Origin: Octopus sinensis
Taxonomy: Eukaryota
Assembly: GCF_006345805.1 (NCBI RefSeq)
Contig: NW_021834539.1
Span: 1 to 46,060, forward strand
Length of the DNA stretch: 46,060 bases
Reading direction: 5' to 3'
A model generated the notes under the pieces. That model made no database searches, was not told the DNA's origin, and worked only from the letters and a program-made list of their open reading frames with translations. A program made the position numbers and the translations under genes. Numbering within the stretch: the first letter of the stretch is position 1; each line of letters starts with the position of its first letter. This document shows positions 35,170-46,060 of the stretch, in pieces.

Positions 35170-35552
35170 TAGTTAAAGAAACGGTCTTGTTATGAGACAT
35201 GACATAGTCTTTTCACAGTTTTTGCCGTTTCCAAAAACCCCGAATTATCTATTATTATTTAAAAACTTTATTCTTTGTTCGATCAGAGCGCCGATTGTCT
35301 CATTCGAGTTTGCCTCTAAGTCGTTAAGCTGAGTATCCACTCTACACTTGAAGGCTAACTTCTTTCAAAATCAGAGCTTTTTAAACACTATTTTCGCATC
35401 GGACAAAAGATTTTCTGTTTTATATAAAACTTCTGAGCCAATTGAATGAAACTTATGTTTCTATTTCCACTTTAGTAAACCCATTTTTGAATTAATATAT
35501 TTTTAATCAAAAATTAAGATAAAAAAACAAATGAACAAAATGTATGAATCAT

Positions 35553-36133
35553 TTATAACAGAAGGTCATTTAGAAATGGCTTTAATTTGTTGAAGGCAGC
35601 AGATCTATGAGAAACGGCCTGTTTCTCTAAAACAGTCATCTCTCCATATGTTTTGTCGCTACATAATGGCCGGAAACATGGATCCCACCCAAAGCTACTA
35701 CTTCCTCTCGGTTGGACTATCTCTCCTTCAACGTCTCCTCTAAATAATCGGATATCGTTCCCGTCGTAAAATGCAAATATTGTAGAAGCGGTTGCTTTTT
35801 TAGATTCGAATCCTTCCAAAAGTTTAAATAATCCAGCAGGGCCAATTTTATCCAAAAACCATTTAACGTATGGTCCCGGCATCCCGCCCAAGGCATGAAA
35901 TGCTAGACTAGTGTCTTCACATAAGACAGGTCTCTTTAGGATTTTGAAAGCTTTTTTGATTTTCAAAGTGGCGATATCTTCAGGAGTCCCCTGGTATTCT
36001 GGGAGATCAATATTTTCTGATATAACCTTTAATATGAATATAAAATTTTGTATACTTTGTCGATAAGTTGGTTTCCTAACATTGATTTTAGTTCTTTGAG
36101 CTTGTTTGGATTTCCGGTAACAAAAGTTAACAT
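35553..36133 (-). CDS. ITPA: Inosine triphosphate pyrophosphatase (Ham1 family), 183 aa
   Basis: Exon 1 36056-36133 (MLTFVTGNPNKLKE), 29-nt intron 36027-36055, exon 2 with IDLPEYQG, EDTSL, GGMPGPYVKWF, FGWDPCF, SHR. Confidence 0.97.
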
Positions 36134-36509
36134 CGATACTGTTTAACGTTTAAATTTTTTTATTATTTAAATTATTGTTTAATCATATTTTTATATCCAT
36201 TTGGTTCTACACTTATATTCAAATTTAAATTAATAAATGTTTTTATCAAAAAGTCTCATAACAAAAGGTTAAAACACTAACAATTTCATACCGTAAAATT
36301 TTGATATATGGGTGAGTAATTGTATAAAATTAAAAATGCATATAATCAATATAAAAATTTGCCAATTAAATTTGAAAAAATGAGAAAATAATTAATTCTT
36401 TATTCCAAAATTTTTTTTGAGTAAAATGCTTCCAGTTTAGACGAGGACGATTACTGAAAAAAACATGACAGAGCCAACTTATTCCTGACAAAGTGTTTAA
36501 AAAAATTAG

Positions 36510-38882
36510 ATGCAAGAGATTATTACCATTGAAAGTAAATCGCTTTCACCAATGTAGGTCTGCATAATTTAAATAACTTTCTCAAAGGTTGATGCCTTTT
36601 GATTTATTCACCATAAAGCGGATCAGCTTGATTTATGTGAGACTATAAAAATGAATTTCAAAACAATAGAAGTGTAAAAATAATTAACAAATAAGATTAT
36701 GTAATCGGTAATATAAAATGAAAAATATTTCAAATTTCAAATTAATATTTTGAATGTCAGTCAGTAAGGTAAAGTTAGAAGACTATCTTGGAATTATGGA
36801 TGAAATATTTTGCCAATTGGTATATTGGCATTTATATTACAAATAAGGCGAATTGGATGAACGGGCATGATTTTTTTGACACATTATATTCAATTGTTTA
36901 CATTCAAGAAATAGAAAAAATTCAGGATTCGGTTTTACAACTCTTTTGTCTTGGAATTATAAAAATAGCACATTTTATGTTTATCGTAGTTCTAGAGAGC
37001 AAAACATATTCTAAAGCATTCACAAATGTATAATTTCTTTAGGATGAATTTGAAAAAATATTCAAATATGCAAACTTTAGAATTGATACAAATCCAAATG
37101 AAATACTTTTGGGATTAGAATTAAAAATTAAAGATTGTGCAAACAAGGTAATAACTTAAATATAATTTTTAAGATGTTAATAAGCAATAGATTGCTGCTT
37201 GTTTATTTGATTTTGAATCTACTTGTTAAACTTCGGATAGATGTTATTTAATTATAATATTTACAGTTTTCATACTACATTGGTGATTATGAGCATTTTA
37301 ATGAGATTACCGTGAAAATTAAAATGGTTTTAGAATCAATTGAAAAAGGAATTTCTGGAATTTTGATGAAAGAATTTGGATTTAAAGTCAAAATTAAAAA
37401 TTGCACTGAAAGATATCATTTGTATACACATGAATCACGAAAAAAGGGTTATACGGTCTTTCAAAAATTTTTTCATTTATTAATGAGTCACGAAGTAATG
37501 ATAGACATTACTAATTTCGACACATTGATGGTAATCTCGTCACAGTTATGAATTAAGGATTATGCTGATCATTTTCTCATCAAAAATCAAACATCATTTA
37601 TAATAATGGCTTATATGACTTTCAAGTATTTTTTCTGAGTAAAAATTAGATATCTTCATTTGTTTCCAATTATGAATGGTTATGAAAACTTATACAAAAT
37701 GCTTTTTTATTCAAATTGCACGTCTGTTCCTGCAATTTTGAAAATTAAGTATTTATTCAGTACAAAATATATAGTGTTGATCTTAATAACACTATTCAAA
37801 TTGTTTTAAAATCTTTTAATCACAAATTAACCAATTACATGGAGAAAGCAGTTAAAATCGTTTTTAGAACTCCGATTGACTGTTTTCACAAACTGAGAGA
37901 GCTTATTATTGAAGTTAGAATTAAATTAAGAAGGGTTCTTATATTTTAAAATGTTAATTAAATAGACGGCAGTAAAATTTACCCATTTATATTCGACAGT
38001 CATTAACGAACTGGAAATCGGCTCTGAACTAAGTTATCCTGCAGTTATTCAACAAGAGATACTTCACACAAAACTATCGTTATACTTACTTCGGACTGGA
38101 GAAAAATTAAAAATATTTTCTGATGTAATTCAATATCAACACCTTTTTTGGTTCTTTATATCGTATATATTTCATTTAGGGTTCTTGCTAACCTAGTGTA
38201 TTATAAAAAGTCTTGTCTGGAGTACCAGTTACACTTTTATTACACTTATAAGAGTATAATTTTTCAATACTTATATATAGACCAACAAACAAATGATTTT
38301 CCAAATTATGAGAATATTTCAATCAAAAATAGATCAATATCTTCTTTCTATTATGCTAATTTCATTGTATATGACCCTATTATATTCTTAGTATTTATGC
38401 TACCTCGAGTTTATTAATGAAAAAGATAATAGACCAAATTACTCGGAAAGGGACCTTTTTGAAATAAGATATTTCATTACTTTTCCAATAATAACAGCTG
38501 AGAATGATCTGGCTCAGATTTTAATAGTTTTATAATGTGAAGTTAAATTTTAAGGATACAAAAAAGCGTCTTAAAAATTCCTTTAATGAAGAAGAGACAA
38601 TATTACTAAGAATGTCTATTGATTTAATTGCCACTATCAAACATAGCTCGGATAACGAACAAGTATATTTAAAATATTACAAATAGTCTAAAAATTTTGA
38701 AAAACTTTGTAAAGATACAATATCTATAATTATTAAAGAATTAAAGGCGTCATCGGAAAATGTATTTTTAATTGACATAATATTCATAGAATTATAAAAA
38801 ATCACACAATTTGCTTGACTTCTCTTTTAATAATTACTTGAGCTTCTTACATTCTAAAAAATCGACAATAAACATTTGTTAA
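36510..38882 (+). CDS. NAA35: NatC auxiliary subunit (Mak10 family), ~621 aa, 18 introns
   Basis: Removing 18 introns (22-57 nt, 507 nt total, one GC-AG) leaves an open 1866-nt frame. Contains LGIMDEIFCQLANWMNGH, LFCLGIIKI, ITNFDTLMDY, YLLRTGEKLKIF, SERDLFEIRY and LDFS, collinear with remembered Mak10/NAA35 motifs. The true start may lie further upstream. Confidence 0.88.
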
Positions 38883-39389
38883 ATGACAGAACATAACAGT
38901 TTCAACTTTTAAGCAATAAATTATAAAACCCTCTTAAAATTAGTAAAAAATTTAAAAAAATTAAATGGTTTGGGAGGCTAAAATATTTCCGACTATTTCA
39001 ACATTAAAATTGCACTTCTTGAAACCATCTGGAAATCATACGGTTTTTGACTGAGAATGTTTAGTGGCGTTTAAAAACCATGTCCGTGTCTTTAGAGTAA
39101 GGTATTTTGAATATTTACAATTTATTTATTAAAATGTGGCAATCAGATAAACAAAAAGATGCGTATTCATTCCCCACCTCAGATGATGTATTTCTGCATT
39201 AAAGATGTCATAAGCTATTTTCGTATATAACAGCAATGGAAATTCTTTGCGAGAGACACAATAATTTGCCTGGTTTGCTCTTCCAGGAAAATTTCTTCCT
39301 AGTGAGGTCATTAATAAAGGCCAGGCTGAATTCCAACCCTTATGTTATTAAATCATGTTATTATTATTTATTAATTGCACATCCGCAAC

Positions 39390-39910
39390 AACAAGAAAGT
39401 TACAATCTTCTCGTCGCTCGTGCCACACTCTGTAAAATTTTGTCTGTTAGACACCTCCACACTCTTCTTGAGATTTCGATTTTTCGGAGGCTTTCTAGAT
39501 CGTCTGTATTTTCTAGTAGCAATCCGACATGCTTAAGGTCGTTATTTAAGATTAGTGGTAGTGTTGTCCGTGGCCTGCCTCGAAAAATTTCAGAGCATTG
39601 AAAGTATGTTTCCATAATGTCATTGGCAGGAACTGCGGAATCCATCCGTAGTATGTGCCCAAAGAGTCCCCATCGGCTCTTAGTGATAGTTGCATCTAAT
39701 TGTTCTGTTTTGAAAACGGAGGATAATTGGATAGTGTATTTTCAGCAATGACCTGAATTGTTTTCTGTGAAAAGCATTGAGATTTTCTACACATTTCTGA
39801 TTCAGTTCCCATGTTTCTGAGTTGCATAGTAAAATGGGCATGATGAAAGCATTGTACAAATGTAATTTTACGGGATTTGAGAGATGCATGTAGCTTAGTC
39901 ATGTCGATTT
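39390..39910 (-). mobile_element. RTE-clade LINE 3' fragment
   Basis: KLHLYNAFIMPILLCNSETW...HRKQ, LFGHILRM, RGRPRTTLP. Confidence 0.85.
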
Positions 39911-40040
39911 TAGCCTCTTCAGTGCTAATGTTGACAGTATTTTTCTTCTTTTCTTGATCTCCTCCATATCTCGTCAGTAACTTTACTTTCTCATATTTAA
40001 ATATTTAAATAGTTAATATATAAATTTGAATTAAGATATA

Positions 40041-41978
40041 CAGTGAAACCTCTCGAATCCGCTGCTTCTCGAATCCGCCGCTTCTCGAATCCGCTTGTTT
40101 TAATCAAAATTTGAAATTTCCTATGAATGATTCTTGAATCCGCTTGTTTCTCGAATCCGCTCCTCAAGTATTATGAAAAATAATTTTTTATCTAATTGTA
40201 AGTTAAATTAATTAACATTTTAAAATTCTCATTACACGTTAAATTGTATTTTTGTGATGCGTCGCTGTGTTAGACTTTCTATCAACGAAAAAATTTCTAT
40301 ACTACGTTATATTTCTGACAACCCATTCGTTTCTGCACCTCAAATTTCCAGGATTTTTTCTTCACGGTTAAAAAAGAAAATTTCTCCGAGAACTATAAAC
40401 GACCTTAAATCAAAATCGGACCTTTTGAATAGGACTGACATCAAAAAATTAAACATAACGAGAATTCCAAAACTCAAATTTAATGAAATTGATGTAGCGA
40501 TGATAACATGGATTAACTTAGTGGAATCTAGCGGAGCAATTCTATCAGATTCGATGTTAATTGCAAAAGCTCTTAAATTTGGAAAAAATTTTCCAGAATT
40601 TAAAGCAAGTCGTGGGTGGCTAGAAAAGTTTAAATTACGAAATGGTATCAAGTTAAGAAAATTTCACGGAGACAGTGGATCAGTAAATCATGATGAAAAA
40701 TCTATTACTGATTTTAATGAAACAATGAGTTTAAAAATTGAACAATATGGATTGGACAATGTTTATAATGCAGATGAAACTGGTGTTTTTTACAAGGCGA
40801 TTCCTTCCAAAAGTGTGTGCACCAAATCACGGCCTGGAATAAAGTTGTCGAAGGATCGATTTTCGTTACTCTTATGCGCAAATTGTTCTGGTTCCGATAA
40901 AAGAAGGCCTGTGATGATAGGAAGATTCAAAAGTCCAAGGTGTTTTAAAAATTTCAACATTGGAAAATATGTTACCTACACCCATTCCAATAAGGCATGG
41001 ATGAACCGTGAAATTTTTAACAAGTGGCTCAGTGATTTTGATTGTGAACTTGCAAAGAAAAAAAGAAAAATTCTACTTGTAATAGATCAATGTCCATCTC
41101 ATCAAATTATTGTCACGTTAAACTCAATTGAAATTCTTTTTTTGCCTTCTAGAACATCCTCGCTCTTGCAACCAATGGATCAAGGAATTATAAAATGCTT
41201 TAAAGCCGAATTTACCAATTTGAAAATAAATGATATAATCGAAAAGGTCGAGGCAGGGGAAAATTGTCAGAATGCAATTAATGGAATCACCCTTAAAACT
41301 GCTGCGACATTAACATTCTTCGCTTGGAATAAAGTTACTCCTACGACCATCAAAAATTGTTTCCGTCATGCACAATGGATAAAATGTGAAACAATCACAA
41401 TCAACAGTGAATCTAAGAACTACGAAAATAATTATGAAGAAATAATAAAGAAATTTCAAATTGACGATCCAATATCTTATAGTGAATTTGTTGATTACGG
41501 ATATACTGAAAATGAAGAGCTAATCGAATTTTTAAACAAATCTGAACAAGCTGGTACATTACAGTCAAAAAAAGTTCAATCAGTTAGTGATTTTATTTAA
41601 TAATTATACTTAGGAAACAATTATTGAAGAGGAATCAAATGAAAAAAAAGTTGATCTCTCAGAAGCCTTCAGAGCTCTAGAGATTATTAAAACTTATGCT
41701 TCTCAGGTAAATGCAGATATAGATGATCATGAAAATATTATGCGAATTGGGGAAATGTTAAGAAAATCAATTAAAAAAATAAAATTTCTGATTTTTTTGA
41801 ATATAAATAATTTTATGTATTCAGTCATTTGTATATAAAAAGAAATACTTAATCTATATTGTAAGTTCATATTTCAACTATAAAATATTATTTAAATTGC
41901 CTCTCGAATCCGCCGATTTCTCGAATCCGCCGATTTTTTGGTCGGTCCCAAAATCGGCGGATTCGAGAGGTTTTACTG
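40041..41978 (+). mobile_element. Near-intact pogo/Tigger DNA transposon
   Basis: TA-flanked 22-bp TIRs CAGT(G/A)AAACCTCTCGAATCCGC (1 mismatch); repeated ctcgaatccgc subterminal motifs at both ends. Confidence 0.96.
40257..41838 (+). CDS. pogo transposase (psq HTH, CENP-B HTH, DDE_1) with a 31-nt intron
   Basis: Catalytic motifs NADETG, IDQCPSH and QPMDQGII are intact. Removing GT-AG 41583-41613 extends the frame into the acidic tail (ETIIEEESNEKKVDLSEAFRALEIIK). The terminal KISDFF motif is one base out of frame, beside an A7 run. Confidence 0.85.
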
Positions 41979-42006
41979 TACTTTAAATAAAAAATAAAAG
42001 CTAGTG

Positions 42007-42956
42007 ATGAATCCAATTTTATTTTCAGCAGAATATTTACACCAAAATCTTAATAAATATTCCGATAGTATAATTCTAGACTGTTCATATCATCCACAAA
42101 CTGCAAATCGGAACCCATTTGAGGTACAAGTATATTTATATACAAGGAATATCTTATTAACCGCATTGAAAATGCTTTATTTTTTGATATTGACCAATGT
42201 GCTGATAAATTTTCTGAATATGCACATATGATGCCATCTGCTAATGAATTTTCTGAATATGTTGAGAAATTAGGAATATCCAACTCAAATCATATAATAT
42301 GCTATGATAATAGCAATTACGGAATATACTCAGCCCCTCGAGTTTGGTTCATGTTTCAATTCTTTGGTCACGATAATATTTCTATTCTCGATGGTGGTCT
42401 TCCAGCCTGGATAAGAAGTGGATTCCCTGTTACTGACTCTTCACCAACGGAAAAAAATAAACAAGGGATATTTGAAGTTAATCAACGTTCACATTTTTTG
42501 ACATTTGAGCATATTCTGAAACAATTTGAAAATTTAGAACTTAAAATGGTAGATGCTCGCCCAAAAGGACGATTTATTGGATTAGACGAAGAATCTGTGA
42601 TTGGTTTCATATATTATATTGCAAACTCTCTTAGGAATAAAACCTGGTCATATTAAAGGATCAATTAATATACCTTTCAATGAATTTATCAATCCAGAAA
42701 CTAATAAAATGAAGACTAAAGAAGAAATCAAAGAAACATTCCATATTAATGGGATTCGGCCTACAGAACCATTTTACTATATGTGTTCAACAGGTAACTA
42801 TTATAGATCTTATAACCTTAAGGCGTCACTGCATGTATGCTGCCTTTCGCACTAAAGCTTGCTTTTGGAATCGAAAACTTTAGACTTTTTGATGGATCTT
42901 GGACTGAGTGGTATACAAAGGCTGACTCAAAGACTATGGATTGCGTTCCTTTATAG
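42007..42956 (+). CDS. MPST: Tandem-rhodanese sulfurtransferase (MPST/TST family), 288 aa
   Basis: Introns 42124-42146 (23), 42604-42634 (31) and 42794-42822 (29). Motifs FFDID, HMMPS, SAPRVWFMF, LDGGLPAW, DARPKGRF, GHIKGS, active-site CSTGVTAC, FDGSWTEW. MPST versus TST not resolved. Confidence 0.93.
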
Positions 42957-43117
42957 ACATAAAGTTTCTTTAAAATTCATTATTATTTTAATAAAAAATC
43001 TGACATAATTTATTTAGTGAGATTTATAGTGAGTCTTTTACACTGTTAATAATCGTCAAAAATATTTCATAATATCTTTAATATTCTTTACAACCGTTTT
43101 TAAATTCGAAATATTTA

Positions 43118-43790
43118 TTACGAAAAAAATTCTTTAGAAATAAATTGAAAAAATAAGATAAATTCGAAAATAGCAGTAGGTGCAGAACAAAACCCGAAAA
43201 TAAACCAATATGTATAACATGAAAACGAAAACAAATTGAAAATACTCAGCGATATTGCGCTCAAAAAATGGCTTAAAGTCGCTATGAATATTTTATACCA
43301 TTATTTATACATATGACTGTCAATGTTGACGAAAAAGTGGAGGCTCCAATAAAATGCCCAAATAATTCAAAACAATTGAAGAATATTGCCAACCCTAATG
43401 CAATTTCGATACTAAGTTTAAACAAAATAATAATTGAACTTTTTTGTACTAATTTTATTCCCACAAAAAATGACTTGCAACGGAAATCGAGTAGAGATAT
43501 AGGGATTCTCAAAAAAATTATATGAATGTTACTGGATTCACAAATGCCGCGATAAGGACTATCAAATTAATTGAAAGAGCAGAAAATCTTAAATAAACAA
43601 ATTCATATCCCATAGTCAATTTGTTGCCAAGGAAATATTAATTGAAATAAATTAATGCTGATTTTTTTCTCGAAGAAGATACATAAAACAGAAATAAGTG
43701 ATCAACATTTTATACACAAATATTGTACATATAAGGTTTACAGACTTCAACTGAATTATAAATTATACCTGTCACATAAAAATCCATACT
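43118..43790 (-). pseudogene. C-terminal half of an MFS-like multipass membrane protein; 5' part disrupted or unresolved
   Basis: GT-AG introns of 25, 28 and 29 nt join MGYEFVYLRF...IEIALGLAIFFNCFELFGHFIG...TLSHFLSAISLSIF...WFIFGFCS...ISKEFFS*. Upstream I could not build a stop-free frame. Confidence 0.4.
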
Positions 43791-43825
43791 GCTAAATAAT
43801 ACAGAAAACTTTTTAGAATAAAACT

Positions 43826-44246
43826 AGGCTTGCATCGCTAAACACGAACTAAACGGTTTTCATTCAGAGTCAGAAAGCTATACAGATTTCGATACATTTT
43901 TTGTTGAAAAAAAAGTGGGAAGGTGGTTTCAGATATTCCACTTTTCTAGCTTTAAATAGCAGCATTTTTAAATTATTTTGCTTTGGCAAAAATTTTCGAT
44001 TGCCATCCTCATTGAGAAAGTTGTTGTTGCATAACCCCGGTTCACATTTGGGTATGAGACCACCGGCTAGCAGAAATGACACTGCCTTCAAGGGTGGTCC
44101 CAAAGGACCTTGGAGGAGTAAACAGAAAGTTTTCTGCGGATGGGGAGATGAAAAGAGTAGCGAATTTTTTCCGGAAGTTTTGTTTAGCGGTCGCTCTCAG
44201 TGCACGGACATTCTCATTTAGCATGTTTAGGACGATGCAAGAGTAG
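43826..44246. mobile_element. Candidate MITE-like insertion with imperfect inverted ends
   Basis: cttgcatcgctaaaca (43829-43844) versus the reverse complement of 44223-44241 (cttgcatcgtcctaaacat). No TSD found. Confidence 0.35.
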
Positions 44247-44419
44247 TATGATTTCGCGAAAAAAATAGGAATTGTTCTCCTCTTGTATTTAGATGTTTTT
44301 TATAAGGAAAACTTGTTTCGCAGTGCAAGTGGTCAATGAGCGTTGATTTCAGACACCTGGATATAATCCGCTTATCCTTGTTTTGAACTGATCAGGTCGC
44401 CCGCTGGAACTTTCAGATA

Positions 44420-44633
44420 GATAGGTGTCCCAGCTCGGATTTTCTTAGCTTAGAACGGGGCGGATGTATTGTTTGTACATCCATGTTGTATTCTCCAGCT
44501 GAAGGGTCATCGAATGTCTTTTTGAACATTTCTTTTCTTTCGAAAAGATTCCAACCTCCTGAAGAAAGGCAACAGACTCAATTTCAGAGCGCGGAAGCTC
44601 GGAGTCCTTCAGTTTTGAATATTTCCCCATTAA
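44420..44633 (-). mobile_element. Merlin/IS1595-like transposase N-terminal fragment
   Basis: ELPRSEIESVAFLQEVGIFSKEKKCSKRHSMTL...W...KKIRAGT resembles the Merlin zinc-finger N-terminus. Confidence 0.45.
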
Positions 44634-44779
44634 AACTATCACACATGTCCACAAGCCGGTAACAAATTCAAAATTTTATCTAAAAAAATTTATAATAATA
44701 TTTAAAAAATCGTCATTGTTCATTTTTTTTAATTATCCAATCACTTACCAACCTCCCACTTCCAAAATGATTTCAAAAC

Positions 44780-44910
44780 AGTGTATTCAACAACTACTCA
44801 ATTAACAACGCTTTCCCAATTCGTTCTGGACGGGTTCAACGAGAAGAGGCCCCCAAAACGAACATTTCTAGCTTTCATCGACATTTTTAAGGCTTTTGAC
44901 AGCGTCTCTA
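44780..44910 (+). mobile_element. Jockey-like RT shard
   Basis: STTTQLTTLSQFVLDGFNEKRPPKRTFLAFIDIFKAFDSVS contains the DxxKAFDxV RT motif. Confidence 0.75.
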
Positions 44911-44942
44911 GATGCGGTTTCAGACCGCCTAAATTTAAACTA

Positions 44943-46060
44943 CAGTCCGACCTCTAAATGGGGCACTAAGTGCCTCAAATCAGAGGTTTCCCCAAAAAAG
45001 AGGTTTTTCAAAAACCTCAATAAATAAAGAGAAGGAACATTATTTTTTAAAATAATCAGTTAATTTTTCTCCATATTTATATTTATTTTTAATTCCTGAC
45101 GACACTTTCTTTCTGAATTCATCCAATGGTTGAAGTATTGGTGTCGTATTTTTTGGTAAAAATAAAAAATCAACGTTGCTAAATGTCGATATTTTATGGC
45201 AAGCAGCGTTATCTAATAACATTAAGATTTTTCTTTTTTGAATAATTATTTTTTCATTAATTTTTTTGAGCCAGGATATAAAAATGTCTCTTGTCATCCA
45301 CGCATTTTTGGACGAAGAGTATAAAATTCCATAAATTTCGGGAGAAAATTTTTTGAAACATCTAGGATTTCTATATTTTCCGATTATTAATGGTTCAAAT
45401 TTTTCTCCAGTGTAACTACAGCATAGATGAAGAGTAACTTTATCATTACTCCTTTTAAAGCCCCGTGCCGAATCACCAGTTTTCACGAATAATTTACGTG
45501 GGGTAAGTTGATAAAAAGAGAAGTTTCGTCACAATTAAAAATGTTCTCCTTTTCATATTGTTCAACTTTGATATTTAATTCTGATAAAAAATTCAAAATT
45601 ATCGCATGATCAGCAGATGCGGATTCGCCTGACAATGTTCGGAATTTTAATTCATGCCTCTGCTTGAATTTTTCTAACCATCCATTTGAAGCTTTAAACT
45701 TGTTTAAGCCCATTCTCGAAGAAACAGTTAGGGAAATTTTTTTTAAAAGAGTTCCAGAAACTGGAACATTCTGATCCCTTAGACGCTGAAAAATATCGAG
45801 GACTTTTTCATCAAATCCGTTTTTATTTTCACTTAATGATGAGGAAAGAAATCCTTTTTTGATAAATGGAAGAATATTCTTTTTTATACGAAAAATAGTT
45901 CCCTTGCTAGTATTGTACATTATGGATAATCTCCTCTCAGAATGTTCCTTCTTTAAAAGATGATCAGCAATCTTCAACTTGGTTAAAGCACTACATTCTG
46001 TGCTTTTCAAATGTGTGGATGAATCTAATGTTGATTTACCTGCATCCTCAGAATGGCTAT
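44943..46060 (-). mobile_element. pogo/Tigger element running off the window, frameshifted and internally deleted
   Basis: TA-CAGTCCGACCTCTAAATGGGGCA end at 44943; KASNGWLEKFKQRH, NCDETS, LLDNAACH, LQPLD, KLTDYF. The reading frame stays open to the window edge. Confidence 0.9.

Noticed and set aside
36440-36620. Possible TGA read-through or alternative genetic code, from in-frame TGA codons near the NAA35 5' end
   Set aside because: Mini-introns remove the stops downstream of 36510. Trp is TGG in all reconstructed genes, and TAA, TAG and TGA each terminate at least one gene.
41770-41810. Programmed frameshift producing the KISDFF terminus
   Set aside because: A one-base indel in an A7 run is more simply a mutation or sequencing error; similar homopolymer shifts occur in other TE copies here.
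46010-46060. DAGKSTL as a translational GTPase P-loop fused to a transposase
   Set aside because: Only 16 codons are visible at the window edge and the preceding GHVD context is absent; it cannot be supported without the adjacent sequence.

Overview
AT-rich animal DNA with an unusual architecture: compact host genes split by very small spliceosomal introns (45 coding-region introns reconstructed by hand, 22-66 nt, most 22-37 nt) interleaved with a dense patchwork of transposon shards. The organism is probably a genome-reduced parasite-type animal such as a myxozoan or mesozoan; this is inference only. The six-frame ORF track misses or fragments most genes because of the mini-introns. Spliced reconstruction gives two secreted C-type lectins, a claudin/PMP22-like protein, RPP21, a stand-alone ~48-aa WH2 peptide, a CHERP apparently lacking its RS/G-patch tail, an RBM15/spenito-like RRM-SPOC gene, ITPA head-to-head with an 18-intron NAA35, a tandem-rhodanese sulfurtransferase and a partial MFS-like gene. 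There are also tRNA-Ser(GCT), tRNA-Asp(GTC) and a half-tRNA pseudogene. Mobile DNA includes pogo/Tigger elements (one near-intact), IS630/Tc1, hAT, a Merlin-like fragment, and RTE, CR1/L2, Jockey-like, CRE and R4/Dong-like non-LTR fragments. Main observations: (1) pogo transposases carry host-sized mini-introns at three different positions; (2) short, near-exact copies of nearby sequence, including lectin gene pieces, are patched into TE remnants; (3) the WH2 micropeptide; (4) the truncated CHERP; (5) a CpG-transition bias between repeat copies. All homology calls are from motif recognition by eye; no database search was run.
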